Shown piece after piece: positions 1 to 10,518 of a DNA stretch of 64,000 bases (position 1 is its first letter; each line of letters starts with the position of its first letter). The stretch comes from an uncultured cyanobacterium (GTDB taxonomy: Bacteria; Cyanobacteriota; Cyanobacteriia; Cyanobacteriales; Nostocaceae). The stretch covers positions 544,001 through 608,000 of the forward strand of contig OY970166.1 in assembly GCA_963706595.1 (NCBI GenBank), in the 5' to 3' direction. The translations under genes and the position numbers were made by a program. The notes below the pieces were generated by a model that worked only from the letters and a program-made list of their open reading frames with translations, did not search any database and had not been told where the DNA came from.

Positions 1-1
1 A

Positions 2-106
2 GATAAAGCTGCGATGTTGCATCTCCTCCGTTGTCAGCACTGGTTACAATCACCACCAACAGATTTTGAATGGGATCAAGGAGTTTGGACTTTTCAAGAA
101 AAATAA
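2..106 (+). CDS. 3' end of a gene entering from the left, probably an adenylate/guanylate cyclase (CyaB-like C-terminus)
   Basis: Frame 2 reads DKAAMLHLLRCQHWLQSPPTDFEWDQGVWTFQEK*; the W-D-x-G-V-W-x-F-x-E-K tail is typical of class III cyclases. Confidence 0.6.
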   Translation, partial: DKAAMLHLLRCQHWLQSPPTDFEWDQGVWTFQEK

Positions 107-270
107 AAAATGCATCTGTACAATTTTGGATGTGATATTTTGGTAAAGCAGCGCGGTCTATGGGGTTTCCCCAATCAGCGATTGCTGTAGACGTGCTTTG
201 CACTATTTCTCGTAGAGTACTACTCTTTAGCGCCGCCATGCCCCTTGGCCTATACACACCCTACTTGCCT

Positions 271-463
271 GTAAGCACAAAGCGCAGGCTACGCCAACAA
301 AAATCAAATAGTAGTCTTAGGGATTTCCAGAAAATAAATTGCCCCATTTCATCAGACCATATTTGTTCTTTATCCCCCCTGCTCCCGTTCGGCTACGCTC
401 ACGGCAAGCCTGCTCCCCTGCCTACCTCAGCAATGGAATATTTTTTTAATTGGAAGTCTCTTA
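271..463. repeat. Two abutting MITE-like dispersed repeats
   Basis: 271-319 matches the GCGCAGGCTACGCCAACA..AAATCAAATAG end also seen at 39750-39800 and (inverted) 35012-35060; 318-463 has inverted ends TAGGGATTTCCA...TGGAAGTCTCTTA. Confidence 0.6.
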
Positions 464-656
464 TAGATGGGGACTTCCGCGAGGCGTTAAATATTCTCAA
501 ATAATCTTAATATTACTTATAAAAAAATCATAAATATAACTATCATGTCTGGTTTTTTGAAGTTATAAATCAATTTGTAAAAGATAATTGATATGTGTTG
601 TGAAAACTATTCTTTCAGTTAGACTCTAAAAATACAACACAAGCAATTATTTTTTT

Positions 657-1148
657 ATGAATGCAATTTCTACAGTTGAATTCAAGAGACCAAATTGGCA
701 AACAGCCATCATGTTCGCCTTGGGCTTTTGGTTGAGTGCTAGCCTAGTTTTAGACTGGGTAATTATGCCTAGCCTTTACCTTTCTGGCATGATGAGTCAA
801 GCAGATTTTACGACAGCAGGCTATGTGATTTTTTGGAATTTTAATCGCATGGAATTGTTATCTGCGGCTGTAGTTTTGACTGGCGTACTGGCTTTGAGTA
901 AAACAAAAGCTAGCTGGAATCCTCAAGTTATTATGGTTTCAATCATACTGCTGGCGATTACTTTGCTCGATACCTTTTTTCTGACTCCGCAAATGTGCGC
1001 TGTCGGCACTCATCTGAACTTATTTACCACAGCATCTGACATTCCCACGCAGATGAATTTACTACACAGTGGTTATTTTGTACTAGAAGCAGTGAAACTA
1101 TTGTCAGGCGGAACACTTTTAAGCTGGTGCTGGCGAGAACAAGTTTAG
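657..1148 (+). CDS. DUF4149/TMEM205-like membrane protein
   Basis: 163 aa, four hydrophobic helices, FxxFNxxE and LTPQM motifs. Confidence 0.7.
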   Translation: MNAISTVEFKRPNWQTAIMFALGFWLSASLVLDWVIMPSLYLSGMMSQADFTTAGYVIFWNFNRMELLSAAVVLTGVLALSKTKASWNPQVIMVSIILLAITLLDTFFLTPQMCAVGTHLNLFTTASDIPTQMNLLHSGYFVLEAVKLLSGGTLLSWCWREQV

Positions 1149-1178
1149 CTAAAATATGTCTAATCTTCAATTGCATCC

Positions 1179-1224
1179 AAAAACACAAACAGGCTAAGTA
1201 TATTTGAGCTTTTTTGTGTTTTTT
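1179..1224. terminator. Probable bidirectional terminator
   Basis: AAAAACACAAA...TTTGTGTTTTTT inverted repeat between convergent genes. Confidence 0.5.
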
Positions 1225-1227
1225 CAA

Positions 1228-1521
1228 TTATTCCGCATCGGGTGAGGCTTCATTGTTAAAAAATAGCAAACGTGCAGCCAGGATAGCAAACCCGACAGCC
1301 GCGATCGCCTTTAATAAACGCGTCGGTAATAATTCCGCCACAGCACCCCCAGCTAATGATCCCAAAAGACTAGTTAGCAATAATGCGCCAGCCGTACCGA
1401 AGAATACTGCTTTCCGAGATTGAGAACGTCCCGAAAGTGCGATCGCAGCTAATTGGCTTTTGTCGCCTAATTCTGAGAGAAAAACTGTAACAAAGCTGAG
1501 TCCTAAAAGATGCCAGTCCAT
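1228..1521 (-). CDS. Half-size TMEM165/GDT1 (UPF0016) Mn2+/Ca2+ transporter subunit (Hmx2-like)
   Basis: 97 aa, ELGDKSQ motif, three TM helices. Confidence 0.85.
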   Translation of the reverse strand: MDWHLLGLSFVTVFLSELGDKSQLAAIALSGRSQSRKAVFFGTAGALLLTSLLGSLAGGAVAELLPTRLLKAIAAVGFAILAARLLFFNNEASPDAE

Positions 1522-1533
1522 ATTTTTGGGTTA

Positions 1534-1643
1534 GTGGGGAGTGGGGAGTGGGGAGTGGGGAATGGGTAGTTTATTAATTACGAATTACGAATTATGAATT
1601 ACGAATTATGAATTACGAATTACGAATTACGAATTACGAATTA
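1534..1643. repeat. STRR heptamer arrays (GGGGAGT)n and (ATTACGA)n
   Basis: Tandem heptamers visible directly; the second array overlaps the stop codon of the upstream GDT1 gene. Confidence 0.9.
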
Positions 1644-2058
1644 CATCCCAAAACAACATCAGGGAAATGAACAGTAACATTATTCCTGCTGATTTTTCTA
1701 AAGTTTTGGGACTGAGGCGATTAGCCATCCAACCACCTAGAAGCACGCCTAACAAGCTGGTGGTAATTAGCGCTGCACCAGATCCGATAAACACTACCCA
1801 CGGTGCATGAGATTCTGCACTCATTAATAAAGTGGATAGCTGAGTTTTATCGCCAATTTCTGCAAGAAATATTGTAATGAAAGTGGTAGCGAAAATTGCT
1901 AATACTGATTCCTGCTTTTTTTGACTATCAGTAACTACAGGCTTAACTGGTTCAATGATTGCAGTCGTTAAGTTCGATTCGTTACAGTCTTTGATTTCTG
2001 GTTGGTTTTCCGTCTCAGATGTGACAGAAAAAGTTACAGGTACAGAGTCAAGTTTCAC
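1627..2058 (-). CDS. Half-size TMEM165/GDT1 (UPF0016) transporter subunit (Hmx1-like)
   Basis: 143 aa, EIGDKTQ motif, three TM helices. Confidence 0.85.
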   Translation of the reverse strand: MKLDSVPVTFSVTSETENQPEIKDCNESNLTTAIIEPVKPVVTDSQKKQESVLAIFATTFITIFLAEIGDKTQLSTLLMSAESHAPWVVFIGSGAALITTSLLGVLLGGWMANRLSPKTLEKSAGIMLLFISLMLFWDVIRNS

Positions 2059-2177
2059 AGGCAGTAGTTCTAGTTGCTAAATGGCTTTCATATTGTTCTC
2101 ATTTTCTCAGATGGTGGCTATAAATTGCAACCCCATTGCCCAAAATGCCATAGGTAAGGACTTGTAACTGATAACTG

Positions 2178-4166
2178 TTAACTGTGTGATGGTTTGGAGA
2201 TGAGAAGCCAAAGAAAATAAGGTGTCCCGATGAGGGCTGTAACTAAGCCAGAAGGAATTTCTTGAGGAGCTAGGACAACACGACCCACGATATCAGCTAA
2301 AGTTACTAAAATTGCGCCTAAAATCGCCGCTATTGGTAATAATTGGCGGTGGCGATCGCCTATTAATATTCTGGCAGTATGGGGAGCAATTAACCCCACA
2401 AAGCTGATAGTTCCCACTGTCGATACTGCCGCAGCTGCCAAAGCAACAGCGATCGCTAATATTACACCACGAGATGCCTGTAAACGCATCCCTAAAATTC
2501 GGGGTAAGTCTTCCCCTAACGCCATTAAATCGAGTTTGCGGGCAAATAACCACCCCAAAGGCAGTAAAATCACCGGAAAAGCCAACAATTGCCACACCTC
2601 ATCCCACTGACGAGCGTAGGTGCTACCAGCTAGCCACACTAAAGCCTGGGCTACCTGCAATTTTGACTTCACCACTAATAGGTTAATTCCAGCCGCACAA
2701 AAGGCAGACACCGCAATTCCGACTAATGCTAGCCTCGCTGGTGCGACACCGTTTTGCCAAGCTGCTACATAAACTACCCCAAAGGCAACAACTGCACCGA
2801 TAAAAGCCCCCATTGGGATAAATGTCACAGGCGTATTAGGTATCATTACTATTACCAGCAAAGCACCAAATCCTGCTCCCGAAGTAATACCCATAATTTC
2901 CGGGCCAGCTAGGGGATTTCTCACTACTCCCTGCAACAATAAGCCACTGATAGCTAAAGCTGCCCCTGCTAATAATGCTACTAGTAGGCGGGGTAGGCGT
3001 AAGTACAAGACAATTCTTTCTGTGAGAGCGTCACTGTCACCAGCAATGACTTGAATGAGTTGATTAATATTTAAATTAATATTGCCGAGGGATACTCCCA
3101 AAACCAGCACAAATAATAGGCAAAATAACCCAGCTAAAACTAAAACAGGATACGGAAAACGGGGTTTTAGAGGTATTTTTAAACCATGATTTCCCCCAGA
3201 TTTACTCAATAAACGAGGCGATGAACGCACTAGCCAGACTAAAAACGGTGCGCCCAGTAAAGCTGTGATTCCACCCGCAGGTAATTCACTAGATATCTGT
3301 TGTGCAACTGTATCAGCAGCTAGTAAAACCACTGCTCCCCAAATTGCGGCAGATGGTAATAAAATCAGGTGTCGCCGACATCCCATTAATTTGACTATAT
3401 GGGGTGCAACTAAACCGACAAAGCCAATTGTCCCGACCACACTCACGGCTACAGAGGCTAAAAATACAGCTAGGAGGATACTGCATAAGCGTGTCCACTG
3501 CACTTTTGAACCCAAGGAACGAGCTAAATCTTCGCCTAGCAGTAGGACATCTAAGGGTTTGGCAATTGTGAAAACTGCGATCGCTCCTAATAATACTCTA
3601 GGTGCAGCATAAATACTTCCCTCCCAATTGGTTTGCACAAGGGAACCCGCACCCCAAAAAAATAAATCACTGGTTTCGTTTTCGTACAACAATTGTAAAG
3701 CGGAAGTGAACGCCGCTAAAGCCAAGGAAACCGCCATTCCTGAGAGGGTGAGCCTGATGGGGGTGATGTCTTTACCGACAGCAGCTATGGTGTATACAAG
3801 TAACGCCGCTAATAAACCACCCATAAATGCGATTAACAAAGGCGACCAAGCAAATATTTCTGGTGCAAATATGGTGGTGGCGGTGACGGCTAAATAAGCG
3901 CCAGCATTTACTCCTAATGTTGCGGGTGAGGCTAGGGGGTTACGGGTGACTGTCTGGAATAATGCGCCGGCTATTCCCAAGGCTGCACCTGCTAATATGC
4001 CAATTACGGTGCGGGGTAGTTTGATGTAACGCACGATGTTATGTAAGGCGCTATCATCTGGGGTGAATATGGCTGTGATAACGGTGGTGGGATGTTGGTT
4101 GATGTGGAGGAAGAGGAGGGTTAGTAGTATTAGGGTTCCTGTGATTAGGGGGCGAGTTTTGAGCAT
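2178..4166 (-). CDS. fhuB: Fe3+-hydroxamate ABC transporter permease, fused double FecCD domain
   Basis: 662 aa with two repeats of RLPR/RNPLA/G.I.FVGL.APH motifs. Confidence 0.9.
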   Translation of the reverse strand: MLKTRPLITGTLILLTLLFLHINQHPTTVITAIFTPDDSALHNIVRYIKLPRTVIGILAGAALGIAGALFQTVTRNPLASPATLGVNAGAYLAVTATTIFAPEIFAWSPLLIAFMGGLLAALLVYTIAAVGKDITPIRLTLSGMAVSLALAAFTSALQLLYENETSDLFFWGAGSLVQTNWEGSIYAAPRVLLGAIAVFTIAKPLDVLLLGEDLARSLGSKVQWTRLCSILLAVFLASVAVSVVGTIGFVGLVAPHIVKLMGCRRHLILLPSAAIWGAVVLLAADTVAQQISSELPAGGITALLGAPFLVWLVRSSPRLLSKSGGNHGLKIPLKPRFPYPVLVLAGLFCLLFVLVLGVSLGNINLNINQLIQVIAGDSDALTERIVLYLRLPRLLVALLAGAALAISGLLLQGVVRNPLAGPEIMGITSGAGFGALLVIVMIPNTPVTFIPMGAFIGAVVAFGVVYVAAWQNGVAPARLALVGIAVSAFCAAGINLLVVKSKLQVAQALVWLAGSTYARQWDEVWQLLAFPVILLPLGWLFARKLDLMALGEDLPRILGMRLQASRGVILAIAVALAAAAVSTVGTISFVGLIAPHTARILIGDRHRQLLPIAAILGAILVTLADIVGRVVLAPQEIPSGLVTALIGTPYFLWLLISKPSHS

Positions 4167-4226
4167 GGATTTATATCACGCAGAGGCGCAGAGACGCAGA
4201 GAATGAGAGTTTGAGAGTTTTATATT

Positions 4227-5132
4227 CTATTTGGTTAGGGATTTGATGACTTTTTCTATTAATATTTGGGCTGATAGGTGTCCGCCAAATAGCCAGGTGT
4301 CTGGTGCGATCGCATATAATCTTTTTTGTTGGACAAATTCTAGTCCTTTCCATACGGGGTTGTTTTGTAGTTGTTTTTGGTAGGTACTGTTGGGTGCTGG
4401 TATGTAGATGAAGTTGGCGTTTTCTACTTTTGGTAGTGCTTCTACCCAAACTGTATTGAAGCCAAAACGGTCAAAGTCTCCTTTCCAGGTGTTGTTTAAG
4501 CCGATGGCGGTTAGTATTTGTGCAGCCATTGAGTTATCTGTAAACAGGCGCATTTGAGGGGTGTTTTCACTGAATTGTGCTAGGATAAAATCAAGTTTTT
4601 CAGTATTTTTGATGGCAGTGGCTGCTTTTTGGATGGTGGTTTGTGTTTGTTGTATTACTGTCTCAGCTACATCTTGACGGTTGACACGTTCAGCAATTTG
4701 TCGGAATGTTTGCTGCATTTCATCTAGTTGACTCAATTCTCCCGCCGATGGATAGGGGTTAAAGAGTAGAGTGGGTGCGATCGCTGATAGGGTATCGTAG
4801 ATGGTTTGATGTCTTAACTCTACACCTAGTATTAAATCAGGTTTTAATTGCGCGATCGCTTCTAAACTCGGTTCTTGGCGTGTCCCTACATCAACTACAC
4901 TTTCAGCTAGGGATGGTTGTACGTTCACATATTTTTGATAGCCCCGGATATCTGCAACTCCTACAGGCTGGATTCCCAAGGCTAGGAGGTTTTCTGCATA
5001 CACCCATTCGAGAGCAACTACTTTAGTGGCAATTTTGCTAAAATTTTGGGGACGGGGAGAACGATTACAAGCTACTGTTAAGGCGGAAGCTGTCGCCGCA
5101 GTTAAAAAGTCACGTCTGGTAAATTTGCTCAT
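4227..5132 (-). CDS. fhuD: Iron-siderophore ABC transporter substrate-binding lipoprotein
   Basis: Tat-like TRRDFL plus lipobox LTVAC; VVALEW, DVGTRQEPSLE.I..LKPDLI motifs. Confidence 0.85.
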   Translation of the reverse strand: MSKFTRRDFLTAATASALTVACNRSPRPQNFSKIATKVVALEWVYAENLLALGIQPVGVADIRGYQKYVNVQPSLAESVVDVGTRQEPSLEAIAQLKPDLILGVELRHQTIYDTLSAIAPTLLFNPYPSAGELSQLDEMQQTFRQIAERVNRQDVAETVIQQTQTTIQKAATAIKNTEKLDFILAQFSENTPQMRLFTDNSMAAQILTAIGLNNTWKGDFDRFGFNTVWVEALPKVENANFIYIPAPNSTYQKQLQNNPVWKGLEFVQQKRLYAIAPDTWLFGGHLSAQILIEKVIKSLTK

Positions 5133-5241
5133 TTTGCTATAGCTATCCTATTTGAATTTATCGAACCGCCAAGTCGCCAAGGTCGCCAAGTGAAGAAGTA
5201 AAGATGCTATAAATTAATTTGTAATTCGTAATTCGTAATCC

Positions 5242-6057
5242 CTAATACCCAATCCCCATTTGAGAAGGTAAACAGGTAGGATAGCCATTGATTGGATGAG
5301 GAATCACTGTCATTTCTACATCGAATACTTGCTGAATTGTACTGGCTGTGATCACTTCTTTTGGTGTGCCAACGGCTACTACTTTTCCTTGCTTGAGCAT
5401 GATTAGGCGATCGCTATAAGCTGCGGCTTGATTTAAATCATGTAACACCCAACCAACGGTTATTCCATGTTCTTGGTTGAGTCGTCGCACTAAGCCTAAG
5501 ACTTCTATTTGATGGCGAATATCTAAAAATGTTGTGGGTTCATCCAGTAATAATACTTGGGTTTGCTGTGCTAAAGCCATCGCTATCCAAGCCCTTTGAC
5601 GTTCACCACCAGAAAGGCTATCTACTATTCTGTCTGCTAGGGGTTCTAGTCCGGTTACAGCTAACGCCCATTCCATCGCTGCAATATCTTTTGGAGAAAA
5701 ACCACCTAATAGATTCTGATGGGGATAGCGACCATAACCGATTAATTCCCACACAGTCACACTGGGCGGTGCTTCTGAGGATTGGGGTAATATTGTCAGT
5801 TTGCGTGCTAACTCTTTTGTGGGTATCTGGGTAATATTGCGACCGTTCAAATAAATAGCACCCTTATTTGCGGGAATAAGTCTTGCTAGGGTGCGTAACA
5901 CAGTACTTTTCCCAGAACCATTCGGCCCCAGTAATGCAGTGATTTCTCCCAGCAGAAACGTTACTGAGAGGTCAGCAACGATGATTTTGCCATCATAAGC
6001 AATTTGCAGATTTTGAGATGCGATCGCCGCAGGCGGGGCGTAGTCCATCGCCGACAA
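5242..6057 (-). CDS. fhuC: Iron-siderophore ABC transporter ATPase (ATG at 6048 may be the true start)
   Basis: GPNGSGKST, LSGGERQR, LLLDEPT motifs. Confidence 0.9.
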   Translation of the reverse strand: MSAMDYAPPAAIASQNLQIAYDGKIIVADLSVTFLLGEITALLGPNGSGKSTVLRTLARLIPANKGAIYLNGRNITQIPTKELARKLTILPQSSEAPPSVTVWELIGYGRYPHQNLLGGFSPKDIAAMEWALAVTGLEPLADRIVDSLSGGERQRAWIAMALAQQTQVLLLDEPTTFLDIRHQIEVLGLVRRLNQEHGITVGWVLHDLNQAAAYSDRLIMLKQGKVVAVGTPKEVITASTIQQVFDVEMTVIPHPINGYPTCLPSQMGIGY

Positions 6058-6230
6058 TTCCTGACCTCCTGATATTTAACAGCTTTTGACACCAAGCGCC
6101 TAGAAGTCGCAGCTACACAGATACAATTCTCTGTATTTTTACTCCTAACTCAGCACTGTTTGTTGAAAGCCATAACAACTATATAGCTAATCTAATTGTG
6201 AATATCTTTGTCAAGTATTTGCTTTCATCT

Positions 6231-6245
6231 TGATAATATTTACCA
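6231..6245. promoter_or_regulatory. Possible Fur box in the divergent fhuC / TonB receptor promoter region
   Basis: TGATAAT-A-TTTACCA, an imperfect 7-1-7 inverted repeat, between iron-uptake genes. Confidence 0.35.
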
Positions 6246-8576
6246 GTTTTATAGCATTATCTACTGTATACAATAATTTGCTCCTGTTTTTGCTCAACAG
6301 GCGATTGCCCTTATTTAGCCTATCAGAAAGGGGGAGCTAAAAAATTTTCCATAAATACTTGTGTAAATTCTGGAATAGAGATATTTTGATAAAGCCAGCA
6401 GCTACTGCCAATACAAATCAATAACTATCTGCGATAGATTATCACTAAGCATAATCCAGTTGCAAATTTCAGGTGTGAAGTGAACATGAAACCCGCAAAA
6501 ATCCTTTTTATTCTCTTATTTACAGGCTCTGTTTGGTCATTAATCAACCATCCTGGTAAAAGTCAGGAAGCAGAGAAAATCAAAACCTCATCCCTTGACA
6601 CCCATTTACTGACACAATCACCTAACCCTCAGAAATTGATTCAAGTGACTGGCGTGAGGGTTGTGCCTACAGATCAAGGTGTAGAGGTAATATTAGAAAC
6701 TAACGCCGCCGAAGAATTACAGGTATCAACGGAAAATCAAGGTAATAGTTTAATTGCTGATATCACTAACGCTCAATTGAATCTGTCTTCAGGAAATACA
6801 TTCAGCCAGGAAAATCCAGCCACAGGTGTCACTGCTGTAACCGTTGTTAATCAAGATGACAATACTATCCGGGTGACGGTGACTGGTGAGCAAACCATTC
6901 CCAAGGTTGTATTATTTGATAGTGATACAGGTTTAATTTTAGCCTTCACACCTACAGAAGTAGTCGCCGCCCCAACACCGCCAGAAACACCACCAGAAAC
7001 GCTACCAGAACCTCAAACCCAATCAGAAGCGGATCAACCGATTGAATTAGTAGTAACAGCAACGCGTACAGCAGCACCGATCCAAAATGTACCGCGTTCA
7101 ATCACGGTAATTAACCGCGAACAAATTGAGGAACAAACCAGCCTTTCCCGCAACTTAATCGAAACTTTGGGTAAAACGGTTCCTGGTTTAGCACCTCCAG
7201 CACAAGGCGCGAGTAATTTTGGATTGACTTTACGGGGAAGAAATCCCCAAGTTTTGATTGATGGTGTTCCCCAATCGACTACTCGAAATGCGGCGCGTGA
7301 TTTGAGAACCATTGACTCTGCGGCGATTGAACGAATTGAAGTAGTGCGTGGTCCTAGTGCAATTTATGGCGATGGTGCGACAGGGGGTGTGATTAACATC
7401 ATCACACGACGACCAACTACAGAAAGTTTGATTTCGCGGACAGAATTAGGTGTGAGTGCAGCTTTAGGTAATCTGGAAGAGGAAAGTTTTAGCACCAATT
7501 TACAGCATTTTCTCTCGGTGAGACAGGATAATCTCGATTTTACCTTTAACTTTGGACTGGCGAAAACCGGCGGATTTTTTGATGCTGAAGGCGATCGCAT
7601 TCCTTCTGATCCTAATGGTCAAGGTGGCTTTTCGGATGCTTCGAGTTTTAACTTATTTGGAAAGTTCGGTATTGATTTAGATGCGAATCAACGTGTACAA
7701 CTAACTTTTAATCACTTCGACGAAAAGCAAGATACAAATATTGCTAGTGACCCCAGTGTTAATACTACCCCTGGAAGACAAAAGGCGCGTGCTTTGACAG
7801 GGTTGAGTTTGGATGAAAAACCAGGACACGAAAACACTTTGTTCAACTTGCATTACAGTCATGAGGACTTATTTAATAGTAAGTTGCAAGCACAGTTATA
7901 TTACCGGGATTACCTGACACGCTTCTATCCCTTTGATGCTCGTAATTTTGCCAGTTTAGGTAACGAAATCTTTCAATCACGGGTAGAGTCAGAAAAGTAT
8001 GGCGGACGCTTGCAGATTGAAACGCCTCTATTTGACCAGGGTGCAGCTAAAATACTTTGGGGTGTGGATTACTCCAAAGAAAATACATCCCAACCTGTAT
8101 CTGTATTTGATCAAGCTGCGTTTGTGTCCAGTGGGGGGTTAGCATTTCGTAAAACAGGCGATCGCTCTTGGACTCCGCCTTTAGAATTAAGAAGCCTGGG
8201 ATTGTTTGCTCAGTTGAATTGGGAGCTAGGCGATCGCATAGTATTAAATGGTGGTGTCCGCTACGAAAATGCTGATGTGAGTGTGGATGATTTCAGCACC
8301 TTAGCCAATCCCAACTCAACTATTCCCGGTGGTGATTTAAATTTTGATGCGACTTTGTTCAATATCGGTGCAGTGTACGCCCTTAACCCAGAACTAAGCA
8401 TCTTTGCTAACTATGCTCAAGGTTTCTCATTATCAGATATTGGTTTAGTCCTCCGCAATGCCCAACCAGGATTTTCTGTAGAATCTCTGAATCCAGAACC
8501 ACAAAAAGTAGATAACTATGAAATTGGGATTCGGGGACAATGGGATTCTGTCCAAGCATCTCTGGCGGCATTTTAT

Positions 8577-9990
8577 CAAATAATTGGGTTAAAAACCCCG
8601 TGCTTGCAGCACGGCTTTAATTTACTAGACAAAATAGTGTTAGTAAATATCTTGTAGAATAGTCAAATGCTAACCATGAATTACCGCTATCGAATCTACC
8701 CGACTATCACCCAAGAACAAACACTTCTTGAGTGGATGGATATTTGTCGCGTTGCCTACAACTATGGGTTGCGAGAAATTAAGGACTGGTGCAATAGTCG
8801 TAAGTGCATGGTTGACAGATGTTCGATTAGTCATGAATATATCATAGCTGCGGACGCTCCTTTCCCTGGTGAAGTGCGCCAACTTAATGCTTTGCCAAAA
8901 GCTAAAAAAGTATTTCCCCGATTAAGCGAAGTACCAAGTCAGGTTTTGCAGCAAGCACTCAAACAATTACACCGAGCATGGGAGGGATTTCAGAAAATTG
9001 GGCATGGGTTTCCCAGATTTAAAAAGTTTGGGCAGTTCAAGTCTTTGCTGTTCCCTCAGTTTAAACAGAACCCAGTGCAAGGAATACATATTGCGCTGCC
9101 TAAACTGGGATTGATTCAGATTAACTGGCATCGCCCAATTCCAAATGGATTTGTGGTTAAGCAAGTTCGGATAATTAACAAAGCCAATGTTTGGTACGCT
9201 TCTATCAACATTCAATGTGATGTTAATGTTCCTAGTCCCATGCCGCATGGTCATCCCATTGGGGTAGATGTAGGACTGGAAAAGTTTTTAGCAACCAGTG
9301 ATGGTGTTCTCGTCAAATCGCCCAAATTCCTGAAAGTGATGCAAAGCCAGCTGAAATTGCTGCAACGCAGGCTGTCTCGGAAAAAGAAGCGTTCTAAAAA
9401 TTACGAGAAACAACGCATCAAGGTTGCTAGACTTCACCACAGGATTGATAACACCCGCAAAGATTACCATTTCAAACAAGCTCATGCTCTTTGTGATGCT
9501 GGTGATATGGTCTTCATGGAAGACTTGGATTACCGGACTTTAGCAAAAGGAATGCTTGGGTTACAGATGCTTGATGCTGGGTTTGGACAATTCCGAACCA
9601 TCACCAAGTACGTGTGTTGGAAACGTGGTAAATTCTTTGCTGAAGTTAGCGCTAGGGGAACTTCTCAAGAGTGTCCCGAATGTGGTGCAGAAGTTAGAAA
9701 AGACTTGAGCGTTAGAGTGCATCATTGCCCTAGTTGTAATTACACGACTGATAGAGATGTTGCTAGTGGTCAAGTAATTAGAAACAGAGGAATTCAATTA
9801 ATTAGTACCGATGGGCAGTCGGGAATCCAAAACGCCTATGCAGACGGTTTTCCGGGGATTGAAGAAATTCAGTCTAGGTCAAAGTCGAAAACCCGTAAGA
9901 CTCGCTTTGAGCGCAGTCCCAAGGAAGCAACTAGGAAAACTAAGAAGTGATTCTTAGAAGCTCCGTACCTTTAGGTCGGAGTCATGTCAC
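8577..9990 (+). mobile_element. Non-autonomous IS200/IS605-family (IS1341-type, tnpB-only) insertion, 1414 bp
   Basis: Inserted 3' of TTTAT with no target duplication; left hairpin CCGTGC-TTGCA-GCACGG; right hairpin CTCCG-TACCTTTAGGT-CGGAG ending in TCAC; no tnpA. Confidence 0.92.
8667..9950 (+). CDS. tnpB: RNA-guided endonuclease TnpB
   Basis: N-terminal YRYRIYPT, RuvC-I GVDVG, RuvC-II MEDL, Zn finger CPECG..CPSC, RuvC-III DRD. Confidence 0.93.
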   Translation: MLTMNYRYRIYPTITQEQTLLEWMDICRVAYNYGLREIKDWCNSRKCMVDRCSISHEYIIAADAPFPGEVRQLNALPKAKKVFPRLSEVPSQVLQQALKQLHRAWEGFQKIGHGFPRFKKFGQFKSLLFPQFKQNPVQGIHIALPKLGLIQINWHRPIPNGFVVKQVRIINKANVWYASINIQCDVNVPSPMPHGHPIGVDVGLEKFLATSDGVLVKSPKFLKVMQSQLKLLQRRLSRKKKRSKNYEKQRIKVARLHHRIDNTRKDYHFKQAHALCDAGDMVFMEDLDYRTLAKGMLGLQMLDAGFGQFRTITKYVCWKRGKFFAEVSARGTSQECPECGAEVRKDLSVRVHHCPSCNYTTDRDVASGQVIRNRGIQLISTDGQSGIQNAYADGFPGIEEIQSRSKSKTRKTRFERSPKEATRKTKK

Positions 9991-10518
9991 AACGAGTCGG
10001 ACTTAGGTACAACCTTCACCGCACCGGGGACTATAATTCGCGCCCCAGAAAGAATCTATGGTTTAGAAGCCGCAATTGACGCACAAGCTAGCCCTACATG
10101 GCAATTTGGCGGGACATTCACCCTAATTGGCGGGGAAATTGACAGGAATAATAATGGCGATTACGAATCTTTAGATGGGTTTAGAATTCCCCCCTTAAAA
10201 CTGACTGCGTATGTAGAAAATGAGACTTTACCTGGTTGGCGAAATCGTCTACAAGCTTTGTTCTCTGGTGATCGAGAAGTGTTTGCTAATAACAATACCG
10301 CCTTTGGTAGAAGACCTGTAGAAAGTTACTTGACAGTGGACTATATTAGCAGCGTGAAACTTGGCACAGGGACATTACAAATAGGGTTAGAAAACCTATT
10401 TAATAGTCAATATTTTCCTGTAGTTTCACAACTGCAACCCAATGATAGTGCCTACGCTGCGGCTAGGGGTAGAACTGTGAGTATTAAATATTCTGTTGAT
10501 TGGTAAAGTTGCATCATG

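Larger units (their letters stand above)
6480..10506 (+). pseudogene. AMIN-domain TonB-dependent siderophore receptor (IutA/SchT-like) interrupted by an IS200/IS605 element; segments 6480-8576 and 9991-10506
   Basis: Plug motifs LVVTATRT, LIDGVPQ, IERIEVVRGPSAIYG; joining 8576 to 9991 gives in-frame ...VQASLAAFY|NESDLGTTF...GLENLFNSQYF...GRTVSIKYSVDW*. Confidence 0.92.

Noticed and set aside
160..504. 114-aa ORF (also 59454-59681 and 10698-10974)
   Set aside because: Composed of MITE/REP-like repeat sequence or antisense to a real gene
8577..8666. IStron (group I intron + tnpB) that would splice out and rescue the receptor
   Set aside because: Only 90 bp precede tnpB, too short for a group I core, and the element ends in TCAC rather than a terminal G
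10258..10506. Stand-alone 82-aa ORF
   Set aside because: It is the tail of the interrupted TonB receptor; the frame is open from 9991
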